Part shown: in pieces, positions 16,927-17,487 of the stretch
How the letters are laid out: every line of letters begins with the position of its first letter
Numbering within the stretch: position 1 is the first letter of the stretch
Origin: Sulfurimonadaceae bacterium
GTDB taxonomy: Bacteria > Campylobacterota > Campylobacteria > Campylobacterales > Sulfurimonadaceae
NCBI GenBank assembly: GCA_041562555.1
Contig: JBFEXS010000036.1
Coordinates: 1 to 17,487 of the forward strand
Direction of reading: 5' to 3'
DNA length: 17,487 nt
The notes under the pieces: generated by a model
What the model saw: the letters and a program-made list of their open reading frames with translations, nothing else
Databases searched by the model: none
What the model was told of the DNA's origin: nothing
Program-made: the position numbers and the translations under genes

Positions 16927-17487
16927 AAAGCTCTCCCGAAAGCTTGCTCTCCTTCTTCTCCCTTTTGTAGGCTCCATCTTTATCCGTCTGATCTATTGGA
17001 CAACACGCAGCAGTTATCATCATCCCGAGTCAATGCCTGAAGAACGATGCGTGATCGGATTTTGGCATGGAGATCTTCTGATGCAGCCCTTTAACTATTT
17101 TCAATGGAAAAAAGAACCGAAGATAGCCGTGATGATATCAGACCATTTTGATGGTGAACTTTTAGCCAAGACTATGTCCTATTTCGGTTTGGAAACAGTG
17201 CGTGGGTCTACCCGTAAAGGGGCTGCCAAGGCCTTGATACAAGCGATCAAGAAGGTACGCGACGGATATGACCTTGGATTGACACCTGACGGCCCGAAGG
17301 GACCGCGGTTTTCCGTCTCTGAAGGGATTATCGCAATCGCACAAAAGAATGATTCCTATATCGTCTTGCAAAATGCTGTTCCAGACCGCTATTGGCAGCT
17401 TGGTTCCTGGGATAGGTTCGTGGTACCTAAACCCTTTGCCCACATCGATTACTATTGCTGTGAACCATTTAAGGTAACGGGTATGGA
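16919..17487 (+). CDS. lpxJ: DUF374 / lysophospholipid acyltransferase family, likely lipid A acyltransferase LpxJ; 3'-truncated
   Basis: Absent from the ORF track because it has no stop in the window. TTG at 16919 overlaps the miaB end and follows GGAGA. It translates [16 protein letters not shown]...FWHGDLL...ISDHFDGE...VRGSTRKG...TPDGPKGP, and follows miaB as in Helicobacter/Campylobacter. Confidence 0.8.
   Translation, partial: MFKKLSRKLALLLLPFVGSIFIRLIYWTTRSSYHHPESMPEERCVIGFWHGDLLMQPFNYFQWKKEPKIAVMISDHFDGELLAKTMSYFGLETVRGSTRKGAAKALIQAIKKVRDGYDLGLTPDGPKGPRFSVSEGIIAIAQKNDSYIVLQNAVPDRYWQLGSWDRFVVPKPFAHIDYYCCEPFKVTGM

Noticed and set aside
295..17443. Numerous antisense or alternate-frame ORFs in the track (e.g. 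1534-2091 +, 2862-3518 -, 4878-5414 +, 8663-9244 +, 13010-13609 -, 14224-14790 +, 17162-17443 -)
   Set aside because: They overlap better-supported genes and have no recognisable motifs, so they are treated as shadow ORFs.
14001..17487. nusA not in a rimP-nusA-infB operon (and rsmG at 9988-10563 not next to mnmG)
   Set aside because: The nusA / HP0268-miaB-DUF374 arrangement is known Campylobacter-type synteny. It is useful for taxonomy but not novel.
1..17487. CRISPR arrays, tRNA/rRNA genes, IS/transposase/integrase, tandem DNA repeats
   Set aside because: None seen. Intergenic gaps are short (at most ~215 nt) and contain no repeat-spacer pattern or cloverleaf I could identify.

Overview
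Gene-dense chromosomal window, most likely from a Campylobacterota (Sulfurovum/Sulfurimonas-like) sulfur oxidiser. This call rests on the divergent nusA / HP0268-miaB-lpxJ(DUF374) arrangement, a SoxY domain ending in ALGGC(D/E)G, and TATAAT-type promoters. About 18 CDSs: partial FAD-dependent oxidoreductase, pirin, thioredoxin-like lipoprotein, RlmI/K-like methyltransferase, an 838-aa secreted caspase-like (C14) protein, an orphan histidine kinase, a DUF6172-like protein, an SDR, a hypothetical protein, yjbQ, rsmG, a DppB/OppB-type permease, a small membrane protein, a SoxY-VWA(YfbK) fusion, nusA, an HP0268-family protein, miaB and partial lpxJ. I saw no rRNA, tRNA, CRISPR array or mobile element. 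Two proteins stand out. (1) A sulfur-carrier SoxY domain with its GGCDG arm is fused in frame to a complete YfbK-type von Willebrand A module, with a Sec-like signal and no soxZ in the window. (2) A secreted orthocaspase-like protease carries a ~210-aa cationic Tyr/Asn/Pro/Cys-rich segment between two copies of a helical module, with recurring R-(G/A)-L motifs that may be self-cleavage sites. All family assignments come from motif recognition by eye, not from database searches.
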